Source of the DNA: Guillardia theta CCMP2712
Taxonomy: Eukaryota; Protista; Cryptophyta
Length of the DNA: 64,000 nucleotides
Reading direction: 5' to 3'
Assembly (NCBI RefSeq): GCF_000315625.1
Contig: NW_005434640.1
Location: 1-64,000 of the forward strand
A program made the position numbers and the translations under genes. This document shows, one piece after another, positions 31,050 to 42,937 of this stretch (its first letter is position 1; every line of letters begins with the position of its first letter). The notes beneath the pieces are model-generated. The model saw nothing but the letters and a program-made list of their open reading frames with translations. It did not search any database and was not told the origin of the DNA.

Positions 31050-33075
31050 AATTGATGAGACAAATGAAACATGCCAACTTGAAGACATCTCGAAGTATCT
31101 TTTTTTCTTTTTTTGGCCTGTGCTGTCATGATTTGTTCCTCTGGCAGATAAGGATAGCATTGTCGACTCCTGATTTCAAAGAGGAAGACCCAATTTTGCA
31201 CAGAATATAATGTTTCCTTTTCTTCAAACTGCACTTTCACGACACGACTCATAATCAGGGTGATAAACAAATTACTTCAAACCACGTCTCAATACCCGCA
31301 GAGTCAGCCATGGGCAGTTTTCGAGTGCTCCACAAGGACGCCAGAACCTCCCCAAACTCGATCTGAGCTCTGTACACTATTCAATGCATGTCTGTCATGT
31401 TAACTCACCACATGGCTACTTGCCAAGTAATCAGAACCAAGATTCATTATCATCCCTCAGGCTAACAACCAACGATACATACTCCTCTTCACTCAAAGGC
31501 AAACAAACATTAACAGCTCTCATCGAAACTTTCCGTTTCAGCGCTCTCTCAAACTCCAGAGACTCTTTATCTTTGTCTTGTCCCTCGTCCGGACTCGTCA
31601 ACCTAGGCAAGGCAGACCTGTCCGAGTCTTCGCCCAGCACCTTGGGAACGAATACCTTCCAAGTGCCAGAGCAGTCCGGCCGCAGCACAGGGATGGGCAT
31701 TCTGAGGTAACGGAGCAGCCGTTCCCTGGCATCGGTCTTCTCGTCCTCGGACTGGGTCCATTCACAGAGCAGCTGGGGCCACCTCGTCTCCAGCTCGGAG
31801 AACTTGAGGAGGTTCTGAAACTTACTCGTCACCTCCAGCTCAGACGACAAGAACGACAAGGGAGAGCGGGCTTCAAGGGCTCGCTCTTCGTCAGTCTGAT
31901 CCTCTGAGGAGTCCGCTGCGAGCGGGTCCGTGACCTCAGCGCATGCCTCATCTTCGTTACCGTTGTCATCGTCGATGACGACAGGCGGACTTGCAGAGTC
32001 CTGACGGCCACCACCAGGCTCACCGTTGCTAAGTTGCAGCTCCTGCCTGTCAAGAAGAGTGACACCTCCAAGGCGAACCGTTGGGCTCTCATATCCGAGG
32101 CCACGATGGGTCCAGGCGAGCCCTGCGATGGGCGTCCAGCTACTGTGAGCAGGGTGCTTGGGATGGAATTTGACGATCTCGGTCAGTCTCTTGCGCCCTC
32201 CTCTGCGACTGGCATCGCCTTGTGCCTCTTGCTCTAGAGTCTTTGCTCCGACTGTGGCGTAACTTGCCATCAACTCATGCTGTCTGTACCACAGCCGCTC
32301 TTTAGTTGCTCATCTCACTTCCTCTAGGGTTCTCTCAACCTTGCGCTCCTCGTCTTTGCTCTTCTCCTCCATAAACTCTGGGTTATAGGCTGGCTGATTT
32401 AAATCCGCAGTGACCTTGATAAATCCCAAGAGGCTCGGCCCTCGCCATGGCTGGTTTGCTCTCTTGTTCAACAAAACTCTCTCGTGCAGTCCCACCACCT
32501 CTCGACCCTCACCCTGCATGAACAGGCGGACAAGGTTTGCATACGCCTGCTGCAGTGCTGGCAGCAGCACAGATCGCTTGCATTTTCCACTACCGAACAG
32601 CTCGATGTAGGCTCTGAATGCCAAAAGGCGGATGTATACTTTGACTTGATGTGGCTTGATGGTTTTTAGCGTATCATGACGGAGAGACAGGAGCGATTCT
32701 TGAACCTCGGAGAAATGGTAGGAGCTGCCGGACAGAGCTGGCAAGGGCGGAGGAAGCTCCGGGCCCGAGGACTTGCGATACAGCAGGGGAGTGAAATGTC
32801 ACCTGAACCTACATTAGAGGCAGTTTGAACTCTCCTCAACGCTTGTTCGATCTCTTTGCATGAGTAACTGGATGAATTTGTGTGTCAGATCATCAAATCA
32901 AAGTGAACTCTTTGTATTAGAATTCACTCAAACACTCTGTTGTCAATGATTCTCATAGTTCGATTTGAGTGCAGCAATCCCGGCCGAAAAAAACGCCACG
33001 GCAATCTGCCGAAAGTTATTGTCCGCAGCATTGATGACCACTTACCTGCAGGATTTGAAATACTCGTCAGAGAAT
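31050..33075 (-). CDS. Multi-exon hypothetical protein inside the inverted-repeat spacer; 5' end possibly truncated
   Basis: ORFs 32310-32744 and 31431-32273 join in frame through a gtgaga...cag intron. Further exons lie at 32924-33003 and 33045-33075, and the latter abuts the MDR copy 2 stop. 3' end approximate. Confidence 0.55.
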
Positions 33076-34928
33076 TTACGATCTCTTGCTGACTCGAATC
33101 ACAACTTTCCCGTGAGCCCTGTGTGACTCCTGCAGCTTCAGAGCTGACGTCACCCCTTCCTTGGTGAACGCATAAGGACCCGACGGATCAATCTTGAGCA
33201 GCAGCTTGTCCTCAGTCACGTGCCTTAGGATGGTCTTGGTGGTTGTCGAGTCCCCATCAGCCACGAAGGAGATGTACCGAGGTGACCAGGGCCAGAGCCA
33301 GGTCCACAGCGCTCGCCACAGCAGGCGGCTAGCGAAGCCCGCAAGCTGGAAAGGATTGTGGATGGTCGGCTCCGGCTCGTCGCCCACTACTGCGATGAAC
33401 TTCCCTCCGTCGCCTCCGCTCTTCAAGACCTTGCTCTCCTGAGCCTTGCCGAAGTGATCTCCTCCCCCGACACAGTCCACGATGCAGTCGAACGGCTGCT
33501 CTTGGAACTCGCCGATGCTCCACCAGTCCTCTTCATTGTAGTTGATGGCCCGGTCGACCTTGAGCTCTTCCGTCAGCATCTTCACCTGCGTCGAGGTCGA
33601 GGCAACAAACGTCGCTCCCGCTACTCTTGCCAGCTGCACACAAACCGACCCAACCCCTCCCGACCCTCCCAGAACCAGCACTCGGCTCCCCGCCTTCACT
33701 CCAGCTAGCTCAACTGCCTTCAAGGCCGTAGCGGCGCTGTCCCCGCACGCCGACGCTACCTCGTCTGACAGCGAGTCTGGCGCGAGGACGCAGTTGGTAG
33801 CCTCCACCACAGCATACTCCGCCAGCGCTCCCCAGGGCTTCATCCCCATGTGACCGATGACGCGGTCGCCAGGCTTGAACTCAGCTTCCGCGTCTGCTTC
33901 CTCCACGATGCCACAAATGGTGTGGCCAGGAATGTAGGGAAACGACGGCGGGGAGATGGCAAACGACACTCGCCCGCTCATCACGTGCATATCTCCTGCG
34001 CTGGTCGCGCAGGTCAGGACGCGTACAAGGAGCTGACCTTTCTTCCTGGACGGCCGGGCGAAGTCATCGGCAAACTCAAGGATGTCTGAGTCATGGATCA
34101 GGCCGAGCGACTTGATCAAGACGGCTTTCATGGTCGATGTGGCGGGATGAACCTGAATCTGAGGGGCAAGTGAGCGTTGACAACCGCACACCTCACAATC
34201 ATGCTAAAAGGTACGAATGTCAAGATCTGAGTTATCTCAAGGCATTGGGCAGGTTGATGAGTCATCTTTGTTGATGAAGGAGGAAGCGAGCACGTACGTG
34301 TCATCAGCATTGATGAGGTTTTCGTTTTCCTCGTTGGCATCGTGTCACAAAGCTTCACAACCCTCAATCATTCTGTGCAACAAGCTGTTCGCAAACACTG
34401 TGGTTTAAGGCAAATGGTCGTGAGGACACTTGAAAGAAGATACATTTTGCGTTTCAATGCATGCGATGATATCAAGTAAGAAAGCTGGCAAAGGCAAACA
34501 TCGGAGATGTGTTGATGCTGCACAAGGCAGAAAGCAGCAGGGAAGCAACACGTCTGTTATGGTGAGGAGTTGCATTGGTGATCGTTGGGCAATGGTAGCG
34601 ATTATGGCAAGAGGAGAAGGAGTTAGGCGTACACCAAGAGGAAACAAGAATAAGATCCAGAGCAGGAGAGGGAGAAGGAGGAGATGTAGCAGAAGGAGGA
34701 GCGGCAGGGAGAGGTCTGGGGAGGAGCTTCATGGAGGCGGCAGTTCAGGGTTTTTTTTTTGGGACCGGACAGGACAGGTCCGAGGGTCGCTTCTAGAACA
34801 CCAGGGGTACTTTGATAGGGAAATGCAGGGGTACTCAAAGCCGATCGGTATCTGGGGAGCAGTAGTGTACTGTGGTAAATGACCAGTACAGTACTACCGT
34901 AGTAGCGCGGAGAGTGAAACTTTTAGTC
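33073..34928 (-). repeat. Right arm of the inverted duplication
   Basis: Reverse complement of 27410-29287. Confidence 0.95.
33076..34131 (-). CDS. MDR quinone oxidoreductase-like protein, copy 2
   Basis: 351 aa with 8 amino-acid differences from copy 1; all motifs intact. Confidence 0.92.
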   Translation of the reverse strand: MKAVLIKSLGLIHDSDILEFADDFARPSRKKGQLLVRVLTCATSAGDMHVMSGRVSFAISPPSFPYIPGHTICGIVEEADAEAEFKPGDRVIGHMGMKPWGALAEYAVVEATNCVLAPDSLSDEVASACGDSAATALKAVELAGVKAGSRVLVLGGSGGVGSVCVQLARVAGATFVASTSTQVKMLTEELKVDRAINYNEEDWWSIGEFQEQPFDCIVDCVGGGDHFGKAQESKVLKSGGDGGKFIAVVGDEPEPTIHNPFQLAGFASRLLWRALWTWLWPWSPRYISFVADGDSTTTKTILRHVTEDKLLLKIDPSGPYAFTKEGVTSALKLQESHRAHGKVVIRVSKRS

Positions 34929-35700
34929 TACTGTGATTCGTCGGGAGTCACTGGCACGATTGTCCTCGTACTGCTTTTTAACTTAACTTTGAGTGAATAT
35001 TTTAAGAGGCACAAAGAGTCGCCCGGCTTGCCGGCCTGGCACTGCCCGGCCGGCAGCCGCCAACTGAGTTCGGCCTCCGCTCCGAGTCGGAGAGGCCGCG
35101 CCGCGTCCGGCGAGCCTGGGCTCCGAGGCTCCGACACAGTGAGTCTTTCAGGCCGGGCAGCCTGAGTCACTTGACAGTCCGACGGTCGGAAACTTCCGAC
35201 GCGGGCGCCCCGGCTCAGCGGCCCGGGCCGGCGCGACCCCCGGGCCGCGTATCCGTGGCACCGTGGCACCGTGACAGGCTGAGGGCGGCGCCGCAAGGGC
35301 CCGGGCATTCAATGATTCACCTAAGTTTCAGCCCAGCCCTTTACCGTCAAAGTTAAGTTAGAAATCATCAGGAGAGTCGAGGAGGCTTGACCCGGCTGAT
35401 CGGACACTGTCGCGGCACAGAGCCTCGGAGGAGAATAGACAGCGAGAACCAAACCCAATCCTGCCGACTGCTGTCCCCCAAACTTAACTGACAGTGAGTC
35501 AGCCGCCCGGCCCACTGCGCGGCAGCCCGGGCCTGCGGGCCGCGTGACTGTACGGTCCGAGTGAAACCGGTGACCTGAAACGCACTGACAGGGCCCGGCC
35601 GAGCCCGGCCCCGCCAATACTGAGTACGGGTCATTTTCAGCCTCAAACCGACCCCTTCCTAGCCCCATCGATTTCAACAGCCCGGGACCGGCCCTACTGC
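34880..35700. repeat. Intergenic palindromic-word island containing the compact copy of the element also found at 15120-15410
   Basis: Same word vocabulary; 35365-35482 is the reverse-complement homolog of 15122-15320. Confidence 0.8.
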
Positions 35701-36154
35701 TTGCTATCCCCTTGGCATGCCTTCAATTTGAGCAGCGCTCAGCGGCTGTTAGACATGGACGCTATCAACTGAACACTCCTGCTCCTCCCTCCTCTCATTC
35801 CCCTTGCTCTGCTCACACTGTTCCGTTCTCCCTCAGGCTCCCTCCTTAAGCTGTGTACAGGCTCAGTCAATCAGGCATTGTGAGCCGATACAAAGTTCAA
35901 ACCTGAGCTCTGGTCGGACAAACTGGGGAGGAGCGGCGAGCTGACATGCTGCAAGACGGATAAGAGGACATAAAGGCAGACAAGAGATAACCTGAAGCTC
36001 TCAGACGGAAAAGTAGACTCAGAAGTACATCCTGGCTGAACTTCTCTTTGTTGTCGTTGCAGTTGGAAGGGACTGGAGAGGGGACGAGGGTCTATCAGAG
36101 AGGAAGCGACATCGATTGATATTGGCAGTCTACATCAGAAGCGAACTTGTTACG

Positions 36155-36603
36155 ATGACATCGGAGACGGTGATATCTTACCTTTAATGAGCGAACAACC
36201 CCTCAGCGACTGATGCGTTCCCTTCCTTCTTCTCCCCTGTCAACATCCCTCCCTCTCTCGTTGTATCCTCATCTTTTCTCTCCCCCTGACTCCTCCCTCG
36301 CTCTCTCCACCTCCCTCCTCAACCTCCTCAACCTCCTTCCCTCCCCCCTCAACCTCCTCCCCTCCTTCCTCTTCGCAGGCGAGCACCTTGGTGTCCGCGC
36401 ACTCTCGATCGAACTCCACCGCGAGCATGGACGAGGATCTTGACCCCTCGAGGTGCCTTCTGCTGGCTGCGCGAATGAGCTCACGGCAGATGCAGGCAAG
36501 GAAACCCCGGGCTGTCGCAGGTGGGCTGGTCAAGTTATGCCTCTTCCACCAGCTTCCTGATCAATAAGGTTGCTGCTGCTTCTGCTGCTTCTGCTGCTGC
36601 TCC

Positions 36604-36663
<60 letters not shown>

Positions 36664-38327
36664 TGCTGCTGCTGAACCTGCTGCAGCGATCAGTCTTTAT
36701 GCCCCTGTGGGTCTTCTTGGACATTCCTGCCTCTTCTCTTGCGGTACGACTTGCTCCTGCTCGGGGCTCAGTGTCTTGCTCATGGCAGCTACAGGCGAGG
36801 GCGTGGTCGACAATTCTCTCCCTAATCATCACGCTCAGTTGCGTCTCCTTTGTCACGCAGTCGCTACCCCAGTACTACTTCAGCACCAACCTCGCGTTTG
36901 ACACCATCGAAGTCACGTGCATCGTCATCTTCACGGTCGAGTACACATTACGATGGATCACCTGCCCCTACGACGGTCAGTCTGAGCTGCTAGCAAGAGA
37001 CTCGCGCTGACTCGCGTGCTCAGGGATGGAGTTCTCGTGGTCGGAGTACTTGAGAAGCAGGGCCAAGTTCATGGTGAAGGCGATGAACGTGGTCGACCTC
37101 GTCGCGATCCTCCCCTACTACATCGAGCTGGTTGTCAATTCCATCCTGGGCAGCTCCAGCAGCAACACGTCGATCTTGGTGGTGGCAAGGGTTGTTCGCA
37201 TCACGAGGATCTTTCGACTGTTCAAGCTGGGCAAGAACTACGACGGGATAGAGATCTTGTTCTTGACCTTGAGGAAGAGCGGAGTATTCCTCTTCACTGT
37301 CGTGTTCCTCATCCTCCTCTTCCAAGTCCTCTTCGGCTCGCTCCTCTTCTTCTTCGAAGGAGGCTCCAACTGCGTCATCGCTTACGCCTGCACCGGCGGC
37401 GCTGACAGCGGGGTGGACTGCACAATCCTAGAGCTCCCTGATGGGTCGGTGATGGACATCCCTGCCCAGCAAGCGCGGATGAGCTACTGCATGCATCCCT
37501 GGGTCAACGATACCGCCCTGTGTTCCAACGATGGTCTAGTGGCTAACAACAGCAAGGCTGGGCAGTGTCAACAGGGCTCGACATGCGTCGACGTCGGCAA
37601 CGTCTGCTTCTCAGGCTCCGAAATGCTCAGCGCCCTGCCCGTTGGGTCCAAAGTGAAGCTCAATTCCATCCCCATGTGCATGTGGTGGGCCCTCGTGACC
37701 ATGTGAGCACTCGCCTGCTCGCCTGCTCGCCTGCTCGCCGGGGACGCTGACGATGTCCAGGTGCTGTGTGGGGTTCGGGGACGTGGTGCCTGAGACGTCC
37801 TACGGCAAGGTGCTGGGGTGTATCGCAGCTCTGACAGGGCTAGTGGTGCTGGCGATGCCCACGACGGTGCTAGGAGGGACGTTCTCTGACATCTACGAGG
37901 AATATTACAGGAGGAAGAACGAGAAGGAGGTAGGAGGGCGGTGGAGTGGAGGGCACGTGATGACTGTAGCAGACTGAGAGCGAGAATGAGAACGAGGACA
38001 TACCCAAGGGGCTGAAGGGAACGAACAGCAAGCATCTCAATCGAATGATTGTGGCGAAGCAGCTGGCGCAGAAGAAAGGGCCGAAGATACCTCAAGAGTT
38101 GATAGCCAACATCATAGAAGACAACCCTGTAACTTCCCAGGAGAAGATCTTCCAGGCGTTCAAAGAGCTCGATATTGCCGTGGCCAGGAAGGTGCGCTGG
38201 TCCCTGCTGCTTTCTTGAGCTGGATGTTGATGGCCCTTAGGTGTTGTGGAGTGAGTTCAGGGCGGAGCTGCGGGAGAAGAGCCGGAGCAAGCTGCAGGAG
38301 GTGATGGAAGAGATGGAGCAGACATGA
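36155..38327 (+). CDS. Voltage-gated potassium-channel-family protein (6TM, Kv-like)
   Basis: S1-S3 (LWVFLDIPASSLA|ARAWSTILSLIITLSCVSF, IFTVEYTLRW, NVVDLVAILPYYI), S4 RVVRITRIFRLFKL, pore helix SIPMCMWWALVTM, filter CCVGFGDVVP, and S6 GLVVLAMP. Start approximate. Confidence 0.9.
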
Positions 38328-38377
38328 CATGCCATTGCTGAGAGATCTCGAATATTTACAGCTGTTACATTAAATTG

Positions 38378-41300
38378 CTAAACCTTGCGATATATCTTCA
38401 GCTTCTCCACTGCTGCTTCTCGCAGGGCATCAAGAACCTCTTCGTTCACCGCGTCCTTACCCTTGTCCCCTTCCTCCATCACCCTGTCGCCTGCGCCCAG
38501 CTTAGGAAGGGGGAGGAACTGGCCAGGTTTGCCCGGAGCCTCCGCATCTACCCATAGATCAGACTCCAGTGGAAAGTGACTTGACTGGATGTGGCTACCA
38601 GGAAGCGGAGGAGCTCGGCACAACTGCTTCGACGTTACTCCCTGTCCGTTGACCCGCGGCGGAAGGACCCTCTTGCCTCCGATCTTGAGCTGGAAGCTGT
38701 CAGATACCCGAGAGCTGCACTTGCTCTCTACCTCGCTCTGATTGGAACACACACCAGTCTCACTCTGCAACACCATCGTCATCCAACGATCAACGATCGC
38801 TCCAGGCACCTGGCATGCGCTCCCATGCTCGCTCTCCGCGTCCTCTTGCCCCTGCTCGCTCGTCATGCAACACATGCTTCATCATCCTGCGCACCGGGTA
38901 CTGCCTCGCTTGCACCACGTGCATGCCCGTCCCCTTGCGAGCGAGGCGCATGGAGGCCATCAGGTCCACCTGTTCGCCAAGTCAGTGCGAGGCAGGAGGA
39001 GTGGGGCATGACCTTGTTGTTGAGCTGATGCTTCTGGAGAGGGCTCAAGATCACTGCTCGCGGATTCTTCGCGCTCTTATGAGCTCCAGGAGGGCTGCAA
39101 GCAGCGACCTGTAAGGGGAGCTGGGAAGGCAGGAAGAGGCGCAGACCTGCTGGAGGGGCTGGCCCGGTGAGGCACCCCGGACTTGATATTCCTGAAGCAC
39201 GTGAGGGGGGGAGAGCGAAGGCGAGAGCGCTTACTTGGAGTCTTCTTGAACTTCCTCCCTGTTCAGCGTCTTGTCTCTGCAAGAGAAGCTCAGCGTTGAT
39301 CATGCGTTGAATGTAAAGTAAGTTGAGCTGACCTCTCATTTGCGCTGTTTGGCCTCCTGAGTCTGTTCCTAGCGGAGGAAACAGTCGGCGACCTCTCACT
39401 AGACCTCGAGCTGTTCGACTTCTTTTCCTCCGCTTTCTGTTGGTCAGGAGCAGGAGTCTCTTGCTTCAAACTCTGCTTATCTTCACTTCAGGCATGCATC
39501 CCTCAGTCTCATCTCCCCACCTTGGACTCGACAGCTTCATTGGCCTTCACCTTCGCTTCTCTCAGACCCGTTCACAACTGCAAACAGAGTCTCACCTCAA
39601 CACATGCATCGAAGGCCCCGAAGAGCGTCCGGACGACAGGGTCCGAGGTTTCTTCTACAAGTACGTGTTAGTCCTAATCTCTCAACGAATGCTGGGATGT
39701 GGCAGAGGGCGTGGCAGCAGGTCAAAGTCGAGGGGAAGGTGGGGGAATGATGGTATACTCGTTTTCTCAGCTTGCAGGCAGTCATCGAACGCAAGCAGCA
39801 ACGCCTGCACCACGTTTCTGAGCTCGCAGGATAGAGATCAACGGCCTCTACCTTGTTCACTTTTTCCGAGGGTTCCCCCGTGGGCGTTGGGCAGTCCACG
39901 TACGAGACAACCTCAGCTTGAGACTCCTGCAAGTCCACCGGTAAACTTCGCGCCTCGAGCTCTCCATTGCTCCTTCCCACCTGAGGGATAGGCATCTCTT
40001 CGAAGTCACACAGGAGGGAGTTCTATCAAGGAGGTCAGAACAAGTCCACCAGCGGGCAGGTCGGAACAACCCCCTCAATGAAAGACTCGTTGCTCTGTCC
40101 TCTCTGCGGGGAGTACCAAAGTTGTCCGCTGAGATCATGCTGAATGCTGTCGACGTTGTCAATGCTGATCATATCCTGAGCTCCCATGTCCTCGAGGATG
40201 AGCCCGACTTCATCCACATCTAGTCGGTCTTGCCTGCACCAGAATTCTTCAGTTTCTCTCAGGTACCATTGTGAGCCTCACTTGTTGTGATCGTCTGAGC
40301 TGCAAGATAGACAGATCGCGCAGTCCGAGGCCATCGAGGCAACTTCGTCTACCTGCAAATTCTGATTCTCAGAGCCGCAGGAGAATGACGGCAAGGTGTG
40401 AACCTTGGATGCTCTTCCCTCTCGAGGTCCAGACCTGAACCAGACGCATTCAGACATCGAGGGGCAAACCATCACAAGCATGTACAGAATCTTTTGGAGT
40501 GTTGTAACGAGCTTCTTGGAAGCAGGGTCATCGAGTTTAGAGTCAAGGATGTCAAAACGCTGGCTCGTAGGATCCTTATCCTCCTTCGCGCCTCTGTCGC
40601 CCTCTGCTTGCCAATCCACCTCTTCAACATCCAGGTCGAGGTGATCGCTCAAAATCTCTCTGTTTCAAGTGCATAAGGACTCCTTCGAGTTCTCATGGAA
40701 ACTTCACCCAGCTGGAGGAATTTTGTGGCCTTCAGCCTTGTCAGCTTCTTTGCCTTGCGATTCCTGCATCACAACCATCAGCTAGCCCGAGTCTCAACAC
40801 TATTTTTTACCAAAGATGAATCTGCTTCAAGAGCGGCAGGTGCAGGTTTGGGGGATCCACTGATTCAATCAGTCAGAATACAGCAGAAACAGGGATCAAT
40901 GCTCGCACAGGAAAACTCGGTGCTCAAGGACTATCGGCACAGGAGAGCGTCCCCTCGGGCAACGCTCTTCCAAGCTGATGCAACCACGAGAGGTATGAGT
41001 ATTGGAGAGGACCAGAAGTAATAGCGAGCTCATTCCGAACCTTATTGCTTCAACTTGCTCGCTCCCTCTCGCATCCTGTTGTTCATGATGCGGATCTGCA
41101 TCCTGTTTGCCTGTCAGATACTAAGTGCAGCAGCACTGCTGCCGCTGACCTGGGCAGCTGGCTGATCCTGAGTGCCATCATCCTTGTACTACTACACGTC
41201 AGAAGCAAGAGGAGGTGCACAAGTTTCAAGGAACCAGGTCAAGGAGATTTCGACGAACGGCTTTTAGTGCTGATTTCTGCCCTGTTTTCTTGTCACAAAG

Positions 41301-42270
41301 CAGATCGTTGCCTCCACTTATTTGATCCCTTACCGATTATTCCATCCAAGACTTTCCCTCCTGTGGCAGCGTCCTCCGAGGTCAGGCCTTTATATTCTGA
41401 GCTGAACCATCGGGAGATTTCAGTAAAGACCCAACGAGAAAATGCTGGCGGGGGAACTGGCAACAAGCAGATTTCATACCTCAGCTCGTGTTCGACTGGA
41501 CGACCTTTGTCTTGCACAACAGTCTTTGAGTTTGAGAGGAGGCGGATCTCGAAGTCAATCGACTTGATGTCTGTTGCAAGCTGCATTAACTGAGAGCGCT
41601 CACTCTCTATATCTTCTGACGGCGTGCTGGGCTTTGAAATGAACTCCATCATCCTTGCAGCAACACGAATGAGAAAGGAAAGTAGCCAAAAATTGTTGAG
41701 AACAGACCTGTTCTTCTTTGTGCGGTATTGCTTGCGGAGAAACTTTTTCATTCTCAGCAAGGCATTGAACTTCCAGTCTTGCTGCGAAGAGTCCAGGCCC
41801 TTTGGACTGAGTCTGCTGCCGTCGACCGTGTTGTCGCTAACACTGTCTTCCCTCATCAGCTTCTTCTGTGCAGACACCAGCAGCGAAATCTTCTGCAGCA
41901 GCCTCTGACGATTCTCCTTCTCAATCCTCAATGACGAGCTCATGTCCTGAGTATTGTGCAAGGTCAACGTCCTCTCGCTCTGCAAGAAACTAGCTTCGAG
42001 GTCCGCCACGAGCTGCTCGAGCTGTTGGTGAAAGTTACGACTGGGAGGGCTTCAGGTAGAAGAGACCTCGTTGAAAAATGAGGATGGAGTGTGCCTTGAG
42101 TGATCAGCGGCCGCTGCCATGGCGCGAAATGGTTCGGCCGTTGGTGACAATTCCAACATCTGTTATCCTACGACATGTTACAGGGGGTACGCATCTTGGG
42201 TGCAGCGAGATAGATCATATCCAGCAAATTAGGCAGATAAAAGCAAGAGAATGCGATGATTCGACGCATG
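38378..42270 (-). CDS. Large multi-exon hypothetical protein
   Basis: Series of minus-strand coding-like exons (41293-42009, ~40280-41000, 40035-40260, ~39230-39990, 38378-39110) separated by short GT-AG introns; no domain recognised. Confidence 0.55.
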
Positions 42271-42937
42271 GCTAGGGAGGAATAACGCGGATAGAAGAAA
42301 GTGAAAATCGCTTCAGAGGAGGGGAAGACCATTCGTGAAAGGTAAGGATGGATGAAAGCAACGCCACATCGTGTTGAATGAAGGAGAAACGCGGAAAGAT
42401 GAGAATAGAGGCATATGAGAACATTCAAAGATGCCAGAGGCGAGAAGTTTGACAGGATGGAAAAATAATGAGAGGGAATTTAGGTAGGAAAGGAAAGAGC
42501 GAGGGAGGGAGAAGAGAGGGTTAGCACAAGAGGGAGGCACGAGTGGAAGGATAGAAAGAGGTAGCGAGGAAGTGAGACACATGGAGAGTGAGAGGAGGAG
42601 AGGGAGAGATAGTGAGAGGTCAGCGGCTGGTGGAGCATCAGCGCGTTTGTGTGCATGCGCGGGAAGCGAAATGGCAAATGCGCGGGATTCGAAAGATGTA
42701 GGTCATATCCGGTACCCCTGAAATGAAAGACAAAAAGAGGGGTACATGAAAACGTAGAACCCCTCCATAAACACTGAAAAACAGGGGTTGCTATGTGCCA
42801 CCTAGACCCCATGTTTTCTATTAAATTGACTGATGGGGTAGGGTCATCATAACACCCGTCTAAATCAGGTGTGATTTTGGGGTGGTGACCTAGTCCCCTT
42901 CTCTTCCCTTCTGAGGACGGTTTTCCCGCCAATCGCC

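Noticed and set aside
27410-34928. Composite transposon or TIR element interpretation of the inverted repeat
   Set aside because: The arms are an ordinary metabolic gene; I recognised no transposase or recombinase motif in the spacer and no target-site duplication.
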